DNA of 64,000 nucleotides from an uncultured Flavobacteriaceae bacterium (GTDB taxonomy: Bacteria > Bacteroidota > Bacteroidia > Flavobacteriales > Flavobacteriaceae), in contig CALSTO010000004.1 of NCBI GenBank assembly GCA_943789295.1, positions 2,224 through 66,223 on the forward strand. Reading direction: 5' to 3'. The translations under genes and the position numbers were made by a program. A model generated the notes under the pieces. That model worked only from the letters and a program-made list of their open reading frames with translations, did not search any database and was not told where the DNA came from. Positions 35,503 to 46,117 of the stretch are shown piece after piece. Numbering within the stretch: the stretch's first letter is position 1; each line of letters starts with the position of its first letter.

Positions 35503-36759
35503 TTATTCAAAATTAGAGTAAGACTCTAAACCAAACGAGGCTGCATCTATTCCAACTCTTTCTTCTTCAATTGAAATTCTAACTCCAGCTGTTTTTTTAA
35601 TTAACTGCATTACAACATACGTAAAAGTAAAGGAAAAAATTGCAATTACTGAAACACCCTTTAATTGTACTAAAAATAAAGAGGAATCCCCTGTAAAAAA
35701 CAATCCATTTTCTGTTGCAAATAATCCTACTGCTATTGCTCCAAAGAAGCCATTTACACCATGAACAGCAATAGCTCCAACAGGATCATCTATTTTCATT
35801 TTATCAATAATTTGGACAGCGACATCAACTAATACACCTGCTACTAAACCAACAATAATTGCAGAGTTTGCGTCTAAGACATTACACCCTGCAGTAATAG
35901 AAACTAGACCAGCTAAAACACCATTTATAACCATTGTAATATCGATTAGTCCATATCTAAACTGAGTATAAATCATTGTAGAGATTCCTCCAGCAGCAGA
36001 AGCTAAAAATGTATTTGTAACTACTTTACCAATTAGATCCCAATTTCCAACTGCTCCTAGTGTTGATCCTGGATTAAACCCAAACCAGCCAAACCATAGA
36101 ATAAAACACCCAATTGCAGCTAAAGGAATATTGTGACCAGGAATGGAGTTTGCTTTTCCATTTTTTTGATATTTTCCAAGCCTTGGCCCTAAAACAATAG
36201 CAGCTGCTAAAGCAGAAAAACCACCCATTGCATGTACAGCAGCAGAGCCAGCAAAGTCATTAAATCCTATAACAGAAAGCCAGCCAGATGGATTCCAAAC
36301 CCAATTTGCTACCATTGGATACATAATTCCACAAAAAACTAAAACTAAGATAGTATATGACCAAAGCTTCATTCTTTCAGCTAACGCACCAGAAACAATC
36401 GAAATTGCTGCTACAGCAAATCCTAGTTGAATAAACCAAAAAAGCTGGTTTGACACTGTTAAACCAAGCCCAAGATCATTTTCTGAAATTCCAATATCAA
36501 AAGCAAACCATCCATTTGAGGAGCCATATGCAATTCCAAATCCAACTACATAAAAAATAATTCCTCCAAAAATGATATCAATAAATACTTTAGCAATAAT
36601 ACTCATTGCATTTTTAGATCTTACAAATCCTGATTCAAGTAATGCAAAACCACCTTCCATAAAAAAAATTAAGGCTGCACAAAGAGCAACCCAAACCGTA
36701 TCAATTGCATTAGTTAATTCAGCTTGATTTTCTATAATTATACTATCTATATAGCTCAT
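35503..36759 (-). CDS. amtB: ammonium transporter
   Basis: 418 aa, about 11 TM. Conserved DFAGSAAVHAMGG and GAIAVHGVNG blocks. Confidence 0.95.
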   Translation of the reverse strand: MSYIDSIIIENQAELTNAIDTVWVALCAALIFFMEGGFALLESGFVRSKNAMSIIAKVFIDIIFGGIIFYVVGFGIAYGSSNGWFAFDIGISENDLGLGLTVSNQLFWFIQLGFAVAAISIVSGALAERMKLWSYTILVLVFCGIMYPMVANWVWNPSGWLSVIGFNDFAGSAAVHAMGGFSALAAAIVLGPRLGKYQKNGKANSIPGHNIPLAAIGCFILWFGWFGFNPGSTLGAVGNWDLIGKVVTNTFLASAAGGISTMIYTQFRYGLIDITMVINGVLAGLVSITAGCNVLDANSAIIVGLVAGVLVDVAVQIIDKMKIDDPVGAIAVHGVNGFFGAIAVGLFATENGLFFTGDSSLFLVQLKGVSVIAIFSFTFTYVVMQLIKKTAGVRISIEEERVGIDAASFGLESYSNFE

Positions 36760-36947
36760 AATTTAAATTTATTTTTCTCGAATCTAACTAATTAATTGAT
36801 TATTAATTGGTTAAAGCATAACAAGTCAATTATTATTATTAATTACGCATTTTTTGGTCTATATTATTTTTAATTTGACAATTTTGTGTACCATTAATTA
36901 ATGTTCTTGCAACATTTTAAGTTTTTTTAATTGTACTTTAGGCTTTA

Positions 36948-38213
36948 GTGAAAAGTCAAATAAATAGATCAAAATTTTTAATTCTTACGCTATTAATTCT
37001 TTCAGGAGAATTTATTTATTTTCTGCCTTATGTTTTGTCTAGAGTCTTTAGGCCAACATTTTTAGATGTGTTTCAATTGAATAATTTTCAGTTAGGCAGT
37101 TTGTTTTCGGTATATGGTATTGTTGCATTATTGTCATATGTATATGGAGGCATAATTACAGACAGGTATTCACCAAGAAAACTAATGTCATCAGCATTAT
37201 TTTTAACCGCTTTAGGCGGTCTTGTTTTAGCTTCTTACCCATCCTATCAGACTTTACAAATTTTGTATGGCTACTGGGGATTCACAAGTGTGTTTTTATT
37301 TTGGGGTGCAATGATAAAAGCTACTCGATTGTGGGGAGGAGATAATAATCAAGGCAAGGCGTTTGGATTTTTAGACGGTGGTAGGGGAATTGTAGCTGCA
37401 TCAATGGGGAGTATTGGAGTATTTATTTTTTCAATAGTATTAATTGGCGATATAGAATCAACTTCACTAATTGAAAAAAAAGAAGCTTTTAGTTACGTTA
37501 TATTATTTTCTTCTTTTATGGTTGCTTTTATCGGTTTGCTAGTTTTAATTTTTTTAAAAAATTCAGATGAAAAGAGTACTACTATTGAAAAATCTTTAAA
37601 TTCTCTAACCAATATTAAACATGTTTTAAAGAATGAATCAATATGGCTATTAATGTTAATAATAATGTGTGCTTATGTTGGGTATAAAGTGACGGATATT
37701 TATTCTTTGTATGCTTCGGAGGTTATGTTTTACGATCAAATTGAAGCAGCTGAAGTAGGCGCTTTACAATTGTATTTGAGACCAATAGTATGTATTTCCA
37801 TCGGTTTATTAGCTGATAAAACTAAAAACATGTTTTGGATAATTTTTGGTTTTATTACAATGTTAATTGGAGCTTTAATTTTTTCATTTGGAGTTGTTAA
37901 GCCAGGAATGAATTCTATATTTTTCTTGTCTTTAATTGTCTTAGCAGTTGGGACTTATTCAATTCGTGCATTATACTTTGCGGTTTTAAAAGAAGCAAAA
38001 GCACCTTTAGCACTTACAGGGACGGCAGTTGGCTTAATATCAGTTGTAGGATACAGCCCAGATATTTTTGCAGGCCCTATTATGGGATATTTATTGGATA
38101 ATAATCCAGGAATTATTGGTCATCAATACGTCTATTTGATGTTAGTTATATTTTCTACAATAGGATTAATAGCCTCTTTTAGATTTGCTAAATTAATAAC
38201 AAAACAAGGTTAA
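36948..38213 (+). CDS. MFS transporter
   Basis: 421 aa (GTG start in track), 12 hydrophobic segments. Substrate unknown. Confidence 0.75.
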   Translation: MKSQINRSKFLILTLLILSGEFIYFLPYVLSRVFRPTFLDVFQLNNFQLGSLFSVYGIVALLSYVYGGIITDRYSPRKLMSSALFLTALGGLVLASYPSYQTLQILYGYWGFTSVFLFWGAMIKATRLWGGDNNQGKAFGFLDGGRGIVAASMGSIGVFIFSIVLIGDIESTSLIEKKEAFSYVILFSSFMVAFIGLLVLIFLKNSDEKSTTIEKSLNSLTNIKHVLKNESIWLLMLIIMCAYVGYKVTDIYSLYASEVMFYDQIEAAEVGALQLYLRPIVCISIGLLADKTKNMFWIIFGFITMLIGALIFSFGVVKPGMNSIFFLSLIVLAVGTYSIRALYFAVLKEAKAPLALTGTAVGLISVVGYSPDIFAGPIMGYLLDNNPGIIGHQYVYLMLVIFSTIGLIASFRFAKLITKQG

Positions 38214-38275
38214 TTAGTTTATTAGGATTTAGTAAATGAACATATTTATTATCTTTAAAACTTATTCAATCAACT

Positions 38276-38719
38276 ATGAAATTATTACAAGAATTTAAAG
38301 AGTTTGCGGTAAAAGGAAATATGATGGACATGGCAATAGGAATTATTATTGGCGCATCATTTAACCAAGTTATAGATGTTTTAGTAAAGCAAATTTTATT
38401 ACCTCCACTTTCGTTGCTTTCAGACGGAATTAATTTAGACAATAAGAAATTAATTATAAGAGAATCTCAGACTAATGCTTTAGGAGATATTTCAGTTCAT
38501 GAAGTAGCCATAAGTTATGGGCAATTTATTGAAACTTTTTTAGATTTTTTAATTGTAGGATTTACAATTTTTATGGTTGTTAAATTTATAAATAGACTTA
38601 ACAAACAAGCTGAAGACCCATCCGATAAAACAATTTCGACTCCCAAAAATATTCAATTACTTATGGATATGAATTCTCTATTGAAGGAGCAAAATCGTAT
38701 TTTAAAAGAGAAAAAATAA
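38276..38719 (+). CDS. mscL: large-conductance mechanosensitive channel
   Basis: 147 aa. EFKEFAVKGNMMDMAIGIIIGASF N-terminus is diagnostic of MscL. Confidence 0.92.
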   Translation: MKLLQEFKEFAVKGNMMDMAIGIIIGASFNQVIDVLVKQILLPPLSLLSDGINLDNKKLIIRESQTNALGDISVHEVAISYGQFIETFLDFLIVGFTIFMVVKFINRLNKQAEDPSDKTISTPKNIQLLMDMNSLLKEQNRILKEKK

Positions 38720-38720
38720 G

Positions 38721-39941
38721 CTATTCTAAAATTGATTCGTAAACCATAGCTCTAAACTTATCAGCTAATTTTAATCTGTAAGTTTCAAACGATTGAGTCA
38801 TGTAAATATAAACCATATTTTGTTTGGGATCAGCTCTGAAATAAGTTCCAAACATTCCTCCCCACCCAAATGTTCCTTTTGATCCAAACTTAGTACTTTC
38901 TTCTTTAACGACTTCAAACCCTAATCCAAATCCTTTCTTTTTCCCAAATACTAATTTTTTATATTTAAGACCTAAAGAATGATCTTGTTTCATTAAATCT
39001 AGCGTACTTTTTTTAATTATTTGCTCATCGTCAAAAGAACCGTTGTTTAAAAGCATTACTGAAAACTTAAGATAATCATTAGTTGTAGAAAGTAATCCGC
39101 CAGAACCATTTAATAAAATCACCTTGTCTTTAAATGGAGAATTCGATTTATTATCAAAAGAAACAAGTTCTTTTTTCTCTCCAACAACATATAAAGTAGT
39201 CAATCTATCTATTTTGTTTTTTGGAAGTTCAAACGAAGTATCATCCATTTTCAAAGGATCAAAGATTCTGTCTTTTAAATAGTCATCTAATTTTTGACCA
39301 GATAATACTTCTATTAAATATCCACAAATATCTGTGGACGCACTGTACCACCAAGTGGTTCCTGGCTCAAACTTTAAAGGAGTTTTTAAGGACTCTTTTG
39401 TATACTCTTCTAAGTTCATGTTGATTACTTTTCTATAATCCTCAGGGCCTTTAAAATTAAGACCTGCAGAATGCCTTAATAAGTCGATTATTTTAACATG
39501 ATTCTTAACTGGTTTTATTTTTTTTCTTTTTTTGACTGTTAAGTTTTTGAACTCAGGAATATATTTGTAAACGGGATCATTTAATTTAAATTTCCCCTCT
39601 TCATACAACATCATAAGACCAACTGACACAATTGGCTTTGTCATAGATGCTATTCGAAAAATATCATCACTTTTCAGCGGATCGTTTTCTGAAATATCGG
39701 AACTTCCATAGCTGTCAAAATGAATAAGCTTTCCATTTTTTACAATAGCAGTTTGAATTGCAGAAAGCTCGTTGTCGTTTACATAGCTGTGCATCGCCTG
39801 ATTCAATAGCATTAATTTTTCTGAGGAAAATCCTTGTGATTCCGGCGAAGAAACCTCAAAGTCTGATTGTGCATTTGAAACAATACTAGATATTAATAAA
39901 AGAACTAAAAGAACCTTGTTTGAGAGAGTTTTTAATAGCAA
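38721..39941 (-). CDS. secreted serine hydrolase, class-C beta-lactamase/DD-peptidase fold
   Basis: 406 aa, TTG start, signal peptide. SxxK motif (ASMTKP), later YSAS and GWGG blocks. Confidence 0.8.
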   Translation of the reverse strand: MLLKTLSNKVLLVLLLISSIVSNAQSDFEVSSPESQGFSSEKLMLLNQAMHSYVNDNELSAIQTAIVKNGKLIHFDSYGSSDISENDPLKSDDIFRIASMTKPIVSVGLMMLYEEGKFKLNDPVYKYIPEFKNLTVKKRKKIKPVKNHVKIIDLLRHSAGLNFKGPEDYRKVINMNLEEYTKESLKTPLKFEPGTTWWYSASTDICGYLIEVLSGQKLDDYLKDRIFDPLKMDDTSFELPKNKIDRLTTLYVVGEKKELVSFDNKSNSPFKDKVILLNGSGGLLSTTNDYLKFSVMLLNNGSFDDEQIIKKSTLDLMKQDHSLGLKYKKLVFGKKKGFGLGFEVVKEESTKFGSKGTFGWGGMFGTYFRADPKQNMVYIYMTQSFETYRLKLADKFRAMVYESILE

Positions 39942-40040
39942 AATTTAACGTTTAATATTCACCTAAAATTTATTAAAAAAAAAGCACATAAATTCAATAT
40001 TTAATATATTTTTGCCGGAATTTTTTAATATAAGTATAAA

Positions 40041-40178
40041 ATGAAAAATCAAGATAATGGAAATGCTCAGTTAAATTCATTAAGAAATGAATTTAACGAC
40101 AGAATTGGGACTAAATCTTATTTAGGGAGAACTAAAAGAGTTACGTGGACCGGAATTAGAAGATTTAGAAGTATTTAA
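40041..40178 (+). CDS. possible 45-aa hypothetical peptide
   Basis: Own translation: MKNQDNGNAQLNSLRNEFNDRIGTKSYLGRTKRVTWTGIRRFRSI. No family recognised, and it may be non-coding. Confidence 0.15.
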   Translation: MKNQDNGNAQLNSLRNEFNDRIGTKSYLGRTKRVTWTGIRRFRSI

Positions 40179-41233
40179 TTATAAAGTATCCATTTTTTTG
40201 GGACTCTTACAAATACATTTTTTGTGTAGTCATCTTTTTCAAAAAACAAACCAATATCTCCGTTTTTTAGTAAAGTCATTGATGAATATGCAGACTTTCC
40301 TTTATAAATGGTTTTGGTATTTTTCCAACTGATTCCTTGGTCGTAACTGATGCTTATTGAAAGGTTATTTCTTTCTTTTGAACTAAAAGCATTAGAAAAC
40401 AACAATAAACTTTTAGAATTGGTATTATAATTTATTAGACTAGCATTACAAGCTGGATCTAAAAGATCTTTGTTTTCAAAAGAAAACCAGCTTTTACCTT
40501 TATTTTTAGAAATATGAGAATATCTAAATTCATTTGAATTAACTCTCGAATTCACTAGCCAATCTCCATTTGAAAGTTCAACAATTTTTGACTCATCTCC
40601 TGGTTTTAAAGGATGGTTAAATAAAAACCAGTTCTCTCCGTTGTCATTACTACCAAACACATGTGTTCCCTTATTAAGATTAACTAAACAATGAAGAAGA
40701 GTCCCATCTTTGGTTTGAGTACCTCTTCCAGACGTAATAAACATAAAATCTTTATTCCAATCTTTTTTTGTTATTTGACTGGTTATATCCTTAGGAACTG
40801 ACCAGTTTTTTCCATTATCAGAGCTTTTAATAACCATAAGGCGATAAATGTCTCTAGCTAAGTCAAGGTTCATATAGTTATAAAAAAGAAAAATATGTCC
40901 AGTTTGTTGATCAAGAATCATTGAAGGATCTGATGCGGATTCACCATCTGGATAATCAATTATTTTTTCAATTTCAGTCCATGTTTTACCGTCGTCATAA
41001 CTTTTTCTTATAACTATATTGATGTTTCTATTCCATTTTAAATCCCCACATGAATTATTTCTTTCGTCTATTGCAGCAATTAAAGTTCCATTTGTTGATG
41101 TTAAAATAGCAGGTATTCTGTAGCATGCTATTTCAGAGTTAAGAGAACTGTCAAATAGGTTTTCAAAAATTAGTTCTTGTGAAAAACAGGATATTCCAAA
41201 AAACATAACTAAAATTTTAAATATAGATTTCAT
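40175..41233 (-). CDS. exo-alpha-sialidase (GH33, BNR repeats)
   Basis: 352 aa. Signal peptide. YRIP motif (CYRIPAI). Five Asp-boxes (SYDDGKTW, SSDNGKNW, SNDNGENW, SKNKGKSW, SYDQGISW). Confidence 0.9.
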   Translation of the reverse strand: MKSIFKILVMFFGISCFSQELIFENLFDSSLNSEIACYRIPAILTSTNGTLIAAIDERNNSCGDLKWNRNINIVIRKSYDDGKTWTEIEKIIDYPDGESASDPSMILDQQTGHIFLFYNYMNLDLARDIYRLMVIKSSDNGKNWSVPKDITSQITKKDWNKDFMFITSGRGTQTKDGTLLHCLVNLNKGTHVFGSNDNGENWFLFNHPLKPGDESKIVELSNGDWLVNSRVNSNEFRYSHISKNKGKSWFSFENKDLLDPACNASLINYNTNSKSLLLFSNAFSSKERNNLSISISYDQGISWKNTKTIYKGKSAYSSMTLLKNGDIGLFFEKDDYTKNVFVRVPKKWILYN

Positions 41234-41234
41234 T

Positions 41235-42437
41235 TTAAATTTTTATTAATAAATCAATTAATTTACTTCTTACATTATTTGTATAAAACGATTCATTTTT
41301 TCGACTTGGATAAACTCTGTTTGTTAACAAAACAATTGTTAGTTTTTTTTCTGGATCGACCCAAAACATAGTTCCCGTAAATCCGGTATGTCCAAAACTA
41401 GTTTTAGACAAATTTTTATTTGGATATTCTCCGTAATCATTATTTGAATATGGTTTGTCAAATCCCAAACCTCTTCTAATTTGACTGTTTTCAAAAGCAT
41501 AAGAAGTAAATTTTTGAATAGTTGATTGTTTAAACATAGTGCTGTTAGACTCTAAAAAACTTAACAGACTCCCTACGCCTTCTGCATTCCCAAAAAGTCC
41601 AGCGTTTCCAGAAACGCCCCCCATAAAACTAGCTGCTTCATCGTGTACAAACCCATGAATCAGCCCTTTTCTAAAAATAGAGTCGTATTCTGATGGGACA
41701 ATTTTATCTTTGCTAAATATTTTTGTTGGATTGAAAGTAAGAGTAATTTCTTTTTTATTTATAAATGTATTTTTGAAATAATTTTCGAAACTATAACCTG
41801 TCATTTTATAAATCAAATTAGGCACATAAAAAAAGAAAAGTCCAGAGTAATCATAGGTATCTATCCTATTTAATTTAGATTTTTTTATTCGTTTAAACAA
41901 CTTTTTAGAGTATGTGTTTTTTAAAAATAAATTATTATTCATTTTTATAGAAAATCGTTTGTCGATTTTAGTACGTACAATTGATTTTTTTAAGTTGCCG
42001 TTTCTATTTTTAATAAAATTTTGGTGACTGATGTAAGGTATCCATCCGCTTGTATGACTCAAGCTTTGAAATATTGTTGTATTTTTTTTATTTGATCTTT
42101 TTAGTTCAGGAAAATAATCAGAAACTTTATCTTCAAGTTGTAATTTGTCTTCGTCATACAATTTCATGATTGAAAACGTTGAGGCTAATACTTTTGTTAA
42201 AGAAGCTAAATCATAAACATGTTTTTGTTTGACTTTTATAATTGAATCATAAGTATGAAACCCATATGATTTATTGATTATGATGGAATCTTTAAATTTT
42301 ACGAAAAGCTGAGCCCCTGGAAAGTTTTTTAAAGTGATACTAGAATTAATCAAACTATCAATTTTTTCTGACTTACTAGTTTGTGATTGAACTTTTGAAA
42401 CAAACAAAATCAATAATAATAAAATTTTAAATCTCAT
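41235..42437 (-). CDS. secreted serine hydrolase, beta-lactamase fold
   Basis: 400 aa. Signal peptide. SxxK (ASLTKV), HTGFTG near the C-terminus. 1-nt gap to the sialidase and 11-nt overlap with the upstream sulfatase. Confidence 0.8.
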   Translation of the reverse strand: MRFKILLLLILFVSKVQSQTSKSEKIDSLINSSITLKNFPGAQLFVKFKDSIIINKSYGFHTYDSIIKVKQKHVYDLASLTKVLASTFSIMKLYDEDKLQLEDKVSDYFPELKRSNKKNTTIFQSLSHTSGWIPYISHQNFIKNRNGNLKKSIVRTKIDKRFSIKMNNNLFLKNTYSKKLFKRIKKSKLNRIDTYDYSGLFFFYVPNLIYKMTGYSFENYFKNTFINKKEITLTFNPTKIFSKDKIVPSEYDSIFRKGLIHGFVHDEAASFMGGVSGNAGLFGNAEGVGSLLSFLESNSTMFKQSTIQKFTSYAFENSQIRRGLGFDKPYSNNDYGEYPNKNLSKTSFGHTGFTGTMFWVDPEKKLTIVLLTNRVYPSRKNESFYTNNVRSKLIDLLIKI

Positions 42438-43983
42438 TGATTTTAGGTATTAAAGTTTCTTTATCTCCTGCAAGCTCTTTTTGTTTGATAAGTTCCTTGT
42501 GTAATTTTAAAATTTCATTTTTATATTTTGGATTATAAATTTCATTTTTTAATTCAAACGGATCCTTAACTAAATCGTAGTACTCCCAAGCTTTTTCAGA
42601 TTTTATTTTACTTGTATTTTTTTTGTTTAATCCTTCTCCATAGAAATAAATCAATTTGTTTTTGTTACTTCTAACCCCTAAGTGAGCAGGCCTTACAGGA
42701 CTGTGCTCCCAATATCTGTAATAGGTAAATTTTCTTGCAAGTGAATTGTTTTTTGATTCCAAAGATTTTCTAAAGCTTTTTCCTTGAAATGATTTTGGAG
42801 GTTTAATTCCAGCGTAATCAAGAAACAATGAAGGGATGTCTAAGTTTAATATTAAATCATCAATTCTTCGAGATTTTAAAATTTGATTAGGGTAACTAAT
42901 TACAAAGGGCATTCTTGAAGACTCCTCATACATCATTCTTTTATCAAAAAAACCATGTTCACCTAAAAAATAGCCTTGGTCTGATGTATACACTATTATA
43001 GTGTTATCAATCTGTTTGGATTCTTTTAAATGGTCAATGATTTTTTGAAGATTATCATCAATTGATGCAGCACACCTCAAAAAATCTTTTACAAATTTTT
43101 GATATGAAAAAGATCTTATTTCTTCTTTCGACATATTTTCAATTGAAAAAGGCATACCAGGGTATTTAGTATCAGAGTTATGATCTTTGTTTTTAGAATA
43201 ATTTAACCATCTGTTCGTTAAAATTTCAAGTTGTTGACCAGTAAAACTTCTACCAGAACTAGAAGGGATATAATCATGTAGAGATTCTGGCTCGGGGATA
43301 TCAATATTTTTTAAAAACTCGTTGTGTCTTTCTGGATAATCAAAGGGTTCGTGAGTTGCTTTGAAATGAGTCATTAGAAAAAAAGGTTTTTCGGATTTTC
43401 TGTCCTTTAGCCATTTGACAGTTGAATTTCCTATTACATCCGATGAAAATCCGGGTTCTTCAACACCACCTTTGTATCCATCCTCCCAATTTTCTTTAGT
43501 TTTAAAGATAGGATTATTATACTTGCCTTGTCCAGGTAGAACTTTATAGTAATCAAATCCAGACGGTTCTTTTTTTAAATGCCATTTGCCAATTAAAGCA
43601 GTTTGATAACCATTATTGTTTAAAATTTTTGCAATATTAAGACTATCCGGGCTTAAATGATCGCTAAGTGTGTAGACGCCATTCTGATGACTGTATTGCC
43701 CAGTTAATATAGAGGCTCTACTGGGCACACAAATAGAATTAGTACAAAACATATTGTTTAGTACCGTGCCATTATTTGCTAAATATTTAATAGCATCATT
43801 TTTAACATAATTATCTAATATTCCATTATAAATTCCCCAAGCTTGTGAGGTGTGGTCGTCAGCCATAATAAATAAAATATTTGGCTTTGTTTCAGGCTTA
43901 TTTGTATTGCATGAGTAATTAGAGCAAAATAACACCAATACAACAAAAAGATTTTTTAAAGTTTTAATAAATGAACAAAACAT
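42427..43983 (-). CDS. S1 sulfatase (GlcNAc-6-sulfatase-like size class)
   Basis: 518 aa. MADDH metal site, CVPSRASILTG formylglycine motif, GKWHL. Confidence 0.9.
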   Translation of the reverse strand: MFCSFIKTLKNLFVVLVLFCSNYSCNTNKPETKPNILFIMADDHTSQAWGIYNGILDNYVKNDAIKYLANNGTVLNNMFCTNSICVPSRASILTGQYSHQNGVYTLSDHLSPDSLNIAKILNNNGYQTALIGKWHLKKEPSGFDYYKVLPGQGKYNNPIFKTKENWEDGYKGGVEEPGFSSDVIGNSTVKWLKDRKSEKPFFLMTHFKATHEPFDYPERHNEFLKNIDIPEPESLHDYIPSSSGRSFTGQQLEILTNRWLNYSKNKDHNSDTKYPGMPFSIENMSKEEIRSFSYQKFVKDFLRCAASIDDNLQKIIDHLKESKQIDNTIIVYTSDQGYFLGEHGFFDKRMMYEESSRMPFVISYPNQILKSRRIDDLILNLDIPSLFLDYAGIKPPKSFQGKSFRKSLESKNNSLARKFTYYRYWEHSPVRPAHLGVRSNKNKLIYFYGEGLNKKNTSKIKSEKAWEYYDLVKDPFELKNEIYNPKYKNEILKLHKELIKQKELAGDKETLIPKINEI

Positions 43984-44038
43984 AAAAACATGTGTAATAA
44001 ATATTTAAATTAGAAAAAAAATTTGATCCAATATTAAA

Positions 44039-46117
44039 ATGAGTAACATTAAACTTTTTATTGTAATTTTTATAATGAGCTCAAATTATATATTATCCCA
44101 AGACATGGAAAATAAATTAGTAAACGAAAAAAGTTTATACTTAAAGCAACACGCTACCAATCCAGTTAATTGGTTTCCCTGGAACGACGAGGCTTTATCT
44201 TTAGCAAAAAACTCAGATAAGTTACTTTTAATTAGTGTGGGATATTCATCATGTCATTGGTGTCATGTAATGGAAGAGGAGAGCTTTACAGATGATGATG
44301 TGGCTCAGGTTATGAATTTAAATTTCATTAATATTAAAGTTGACAGAGAAGAAAGACCAGACTTAGATGAAATTTATATGAAAGCATTGGTTCTAATGAC
44401 AGGAAGTGGAGGTTGGCCAATGAATATTATAGCCCTTCCTGATGGCACACCAATATGGGGAGGAACTTACGTTCCTAAAACACAATGGATTCAAGTTTTA
44501 AATCAGGTTAGCGGATTTTATAAGACTAGAAAACCAGACGTCTTAGAATATGCTAATAGCGTCAGAGAGGGTGTAAAAAAAGAAGCTTTAGTAAAACCAT
44601 CTCCAAGAGACGAAACATATTCAAGTGAGCTACAAATTGAGCTAGCTGAAAAAGCTTTTAAATATTCAGACAAAATAAATGGGGGAATTGGCAGTGGCCA
44701 GAAATTTCCTTTACCCTCAATGTTAAATTTCTTTATGAGATTTTCAAATGAGTATAGTAATCAAGAAATGAAAGATTTTGTCTACAATTCTTTGATGCAA
44801 ATCTCCCGCGGAGGAATAAATGACAGAATTGACGGTGGATTCCACAGATACACTGTTGACAACACTTGGCATATTCCTCATTTTGAAAAAATGCTATACG
44901 ATAATGCCCAGCTTTTAAGTACTTACTCAAGCGCTTTCAAAGCATTTAAAGAAGAGCGTTTCAAATCAGAACTTTATAATATTTTCAGATTCTTAGAGTC
45001 TAAAATGACAGGAAATGACAATCTTATTTATTCAAGTATTTCTGCTGATACAAATTATGAAGATGGGACTAAAAGCGAAGGTGACTTTTACATATGGAAA
45101 GAGGAAGAACTAAAGAAAATTTTGAATGACGACTTTGAGTGGGTTTCAGAATATTACAATATAAATGAAACGGGGTACTGGGAAAATGATAGTTATGTCT
45201 TTTATCAAACTATTTCTGATAAAGAATTTTCTAAAAAACTAGGCATTACATTAAAAGAATTTACTAAGAAATTAAACAGAGTAAATTCTTTATTGAAAAT
45301 AGAGCGAGAAAAAAGAGTTCACCCAATAATTGATTCTAAAATAATTTTCTCATGGAATGCATTAACTATTAGAGGTTTAGTTGACAGTTATAAATCAACA
45401 AAAGATCCAATTTTTCTAAATAAAGCACTTTTAATAAATTCTTCATTATCAAAAATTATGATTGATAATAATATAATAAGACATACTAGCAGCGGTCCTA
45501 CTGAGGTTTTGTTTTTTGAAGATTACAGTTATTATATTGATGCTCTTATAGGGCTGTATGAAATTACCTTTGATGAAAAATATTTACAATTTGCTGACGA
45601 ATTGGTAGTGTTTTCAAACGAAAAATTTAAAGAAGAATCAGGATTTTATAGATTTTCAACTAATCAAGAAAGTTTGTTTGCAGACACATTAATTAATCTT
45701 CAAGATGGAGTTATACCCTCTGCAAACTCTGTAATGAATTTTAATTTATTTAGACTTGGCCATTTTAACGGAAACAAAGAATATTTATCACATTCTAAAA
45801 TAATGATAAATAATGTAAGTGAAACAATAAAAGAGAGGGTTACAGATCATTTGTTGTGGCTTAATAACTCACATAATTATTCTCAAAAGTTTTATGAAAT
45901 CGCAATATCTGGTAATAATGCGATTGCAAAAGCTGAGGATATAATGGAAGAATATTTGCCTAATGTTTTAATAGCTGCTTCTGAAAACGTATCCAATCTT
46001 TATTTGCTTAAAGACAGATATTTTAAGGATGAAACTTATATTTATGTATGCGTGGATAATACTTGTAAATTTCCTGTTACCACAGTTTCTAAGGCTTTAG
46101 ACTTAATGAAAGATTAA
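44039..46117 (+). CDS. thioredoxin-domain protein, DUF255/YyaL family (N-terminal Trx fold plus AGE-like six-hairpin domain)
   Basis: 692 aa. [13 protein letters not shown]...[16 protein letters not shown] is the DUF255 signature. Apparent N-terminal signal/anchor. Confidence 0.85.
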   Translation: MSNIKLFIVIFIMSSNYILSQDMENKLVNEKSLYLKQHATNPVNWFPWNDEALSLAKNSDKLLLISVGYSSCHWCHVMEEESFTDDDVAQVMNLNFINIKVDREERPDLDEIYMKALVLMTGSGGWPMNIIALPDGTPIWGGTYVPKTQWIQVLNQVSGFYKTRKPDVLEYANSVREGVKKEALVKPSPRDETYSSELQIELAEKAFKYSDKINGGIGSGQKFPLPSMLNFFMRFSNEYSNQEMKDFVYNSLMQISRGGINDRIDGGFHRYTVDNTWHIPHFEKMLYDNAQLLSTYSSAFKAFKEERFKSELYNIFRFLESKMTGNDNLIYSSISADTNYEDGTKSEGDFYIWKEEELKKILNDDFEWVSEYYNINETGYWENDSYVFYQTISDKEFSKKLGITLKEFTKKLNRVNSLLKIEREKRVHPIIDSKIIFSWNALTIRGLVDSYKSTKDPIFLNKALLINSSLSKIMIDNNIIRHTSSGPTEVLFFEDYSYYIDALIGLYEITFDEKYLQFADELVVFSNEKFKEESGFYRFSTNQESLFADTLINLQDGVIPSANSVMNFNLFRLGHFNGNKEYLSHSKIMINNVSETIKERVTDHLLWLNNSHNYSQKFYEIAISGNNAIAKAEDIMEEYLPNVLIAASENVSNLYLLKDRYFKDETYIYVCVDNTCKFPVTTVSKALDLMKD

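Noticed and set aside
36791-36916. TTAATTG tandem repeat (around 36791-36809) and AATGTT-n5-AACATT inverted repeat (36900-36916) in the amt/MFS divergent region as nitrogen-regulator operators
   Set aside because: These are short AT-rich motifs that could easily arise by chance. No known Bacteroidota nitrogen-regulator consensus can be matched from memory.
38721-42437. The two SxxK proteins as antibiotic-resistance beta-lactamases
   Set aside because: Only the generic serine-hydrolase fold motifs are visible, and their context is a glycan-degradation array. They are called serine hydrolases of unknown substrate.
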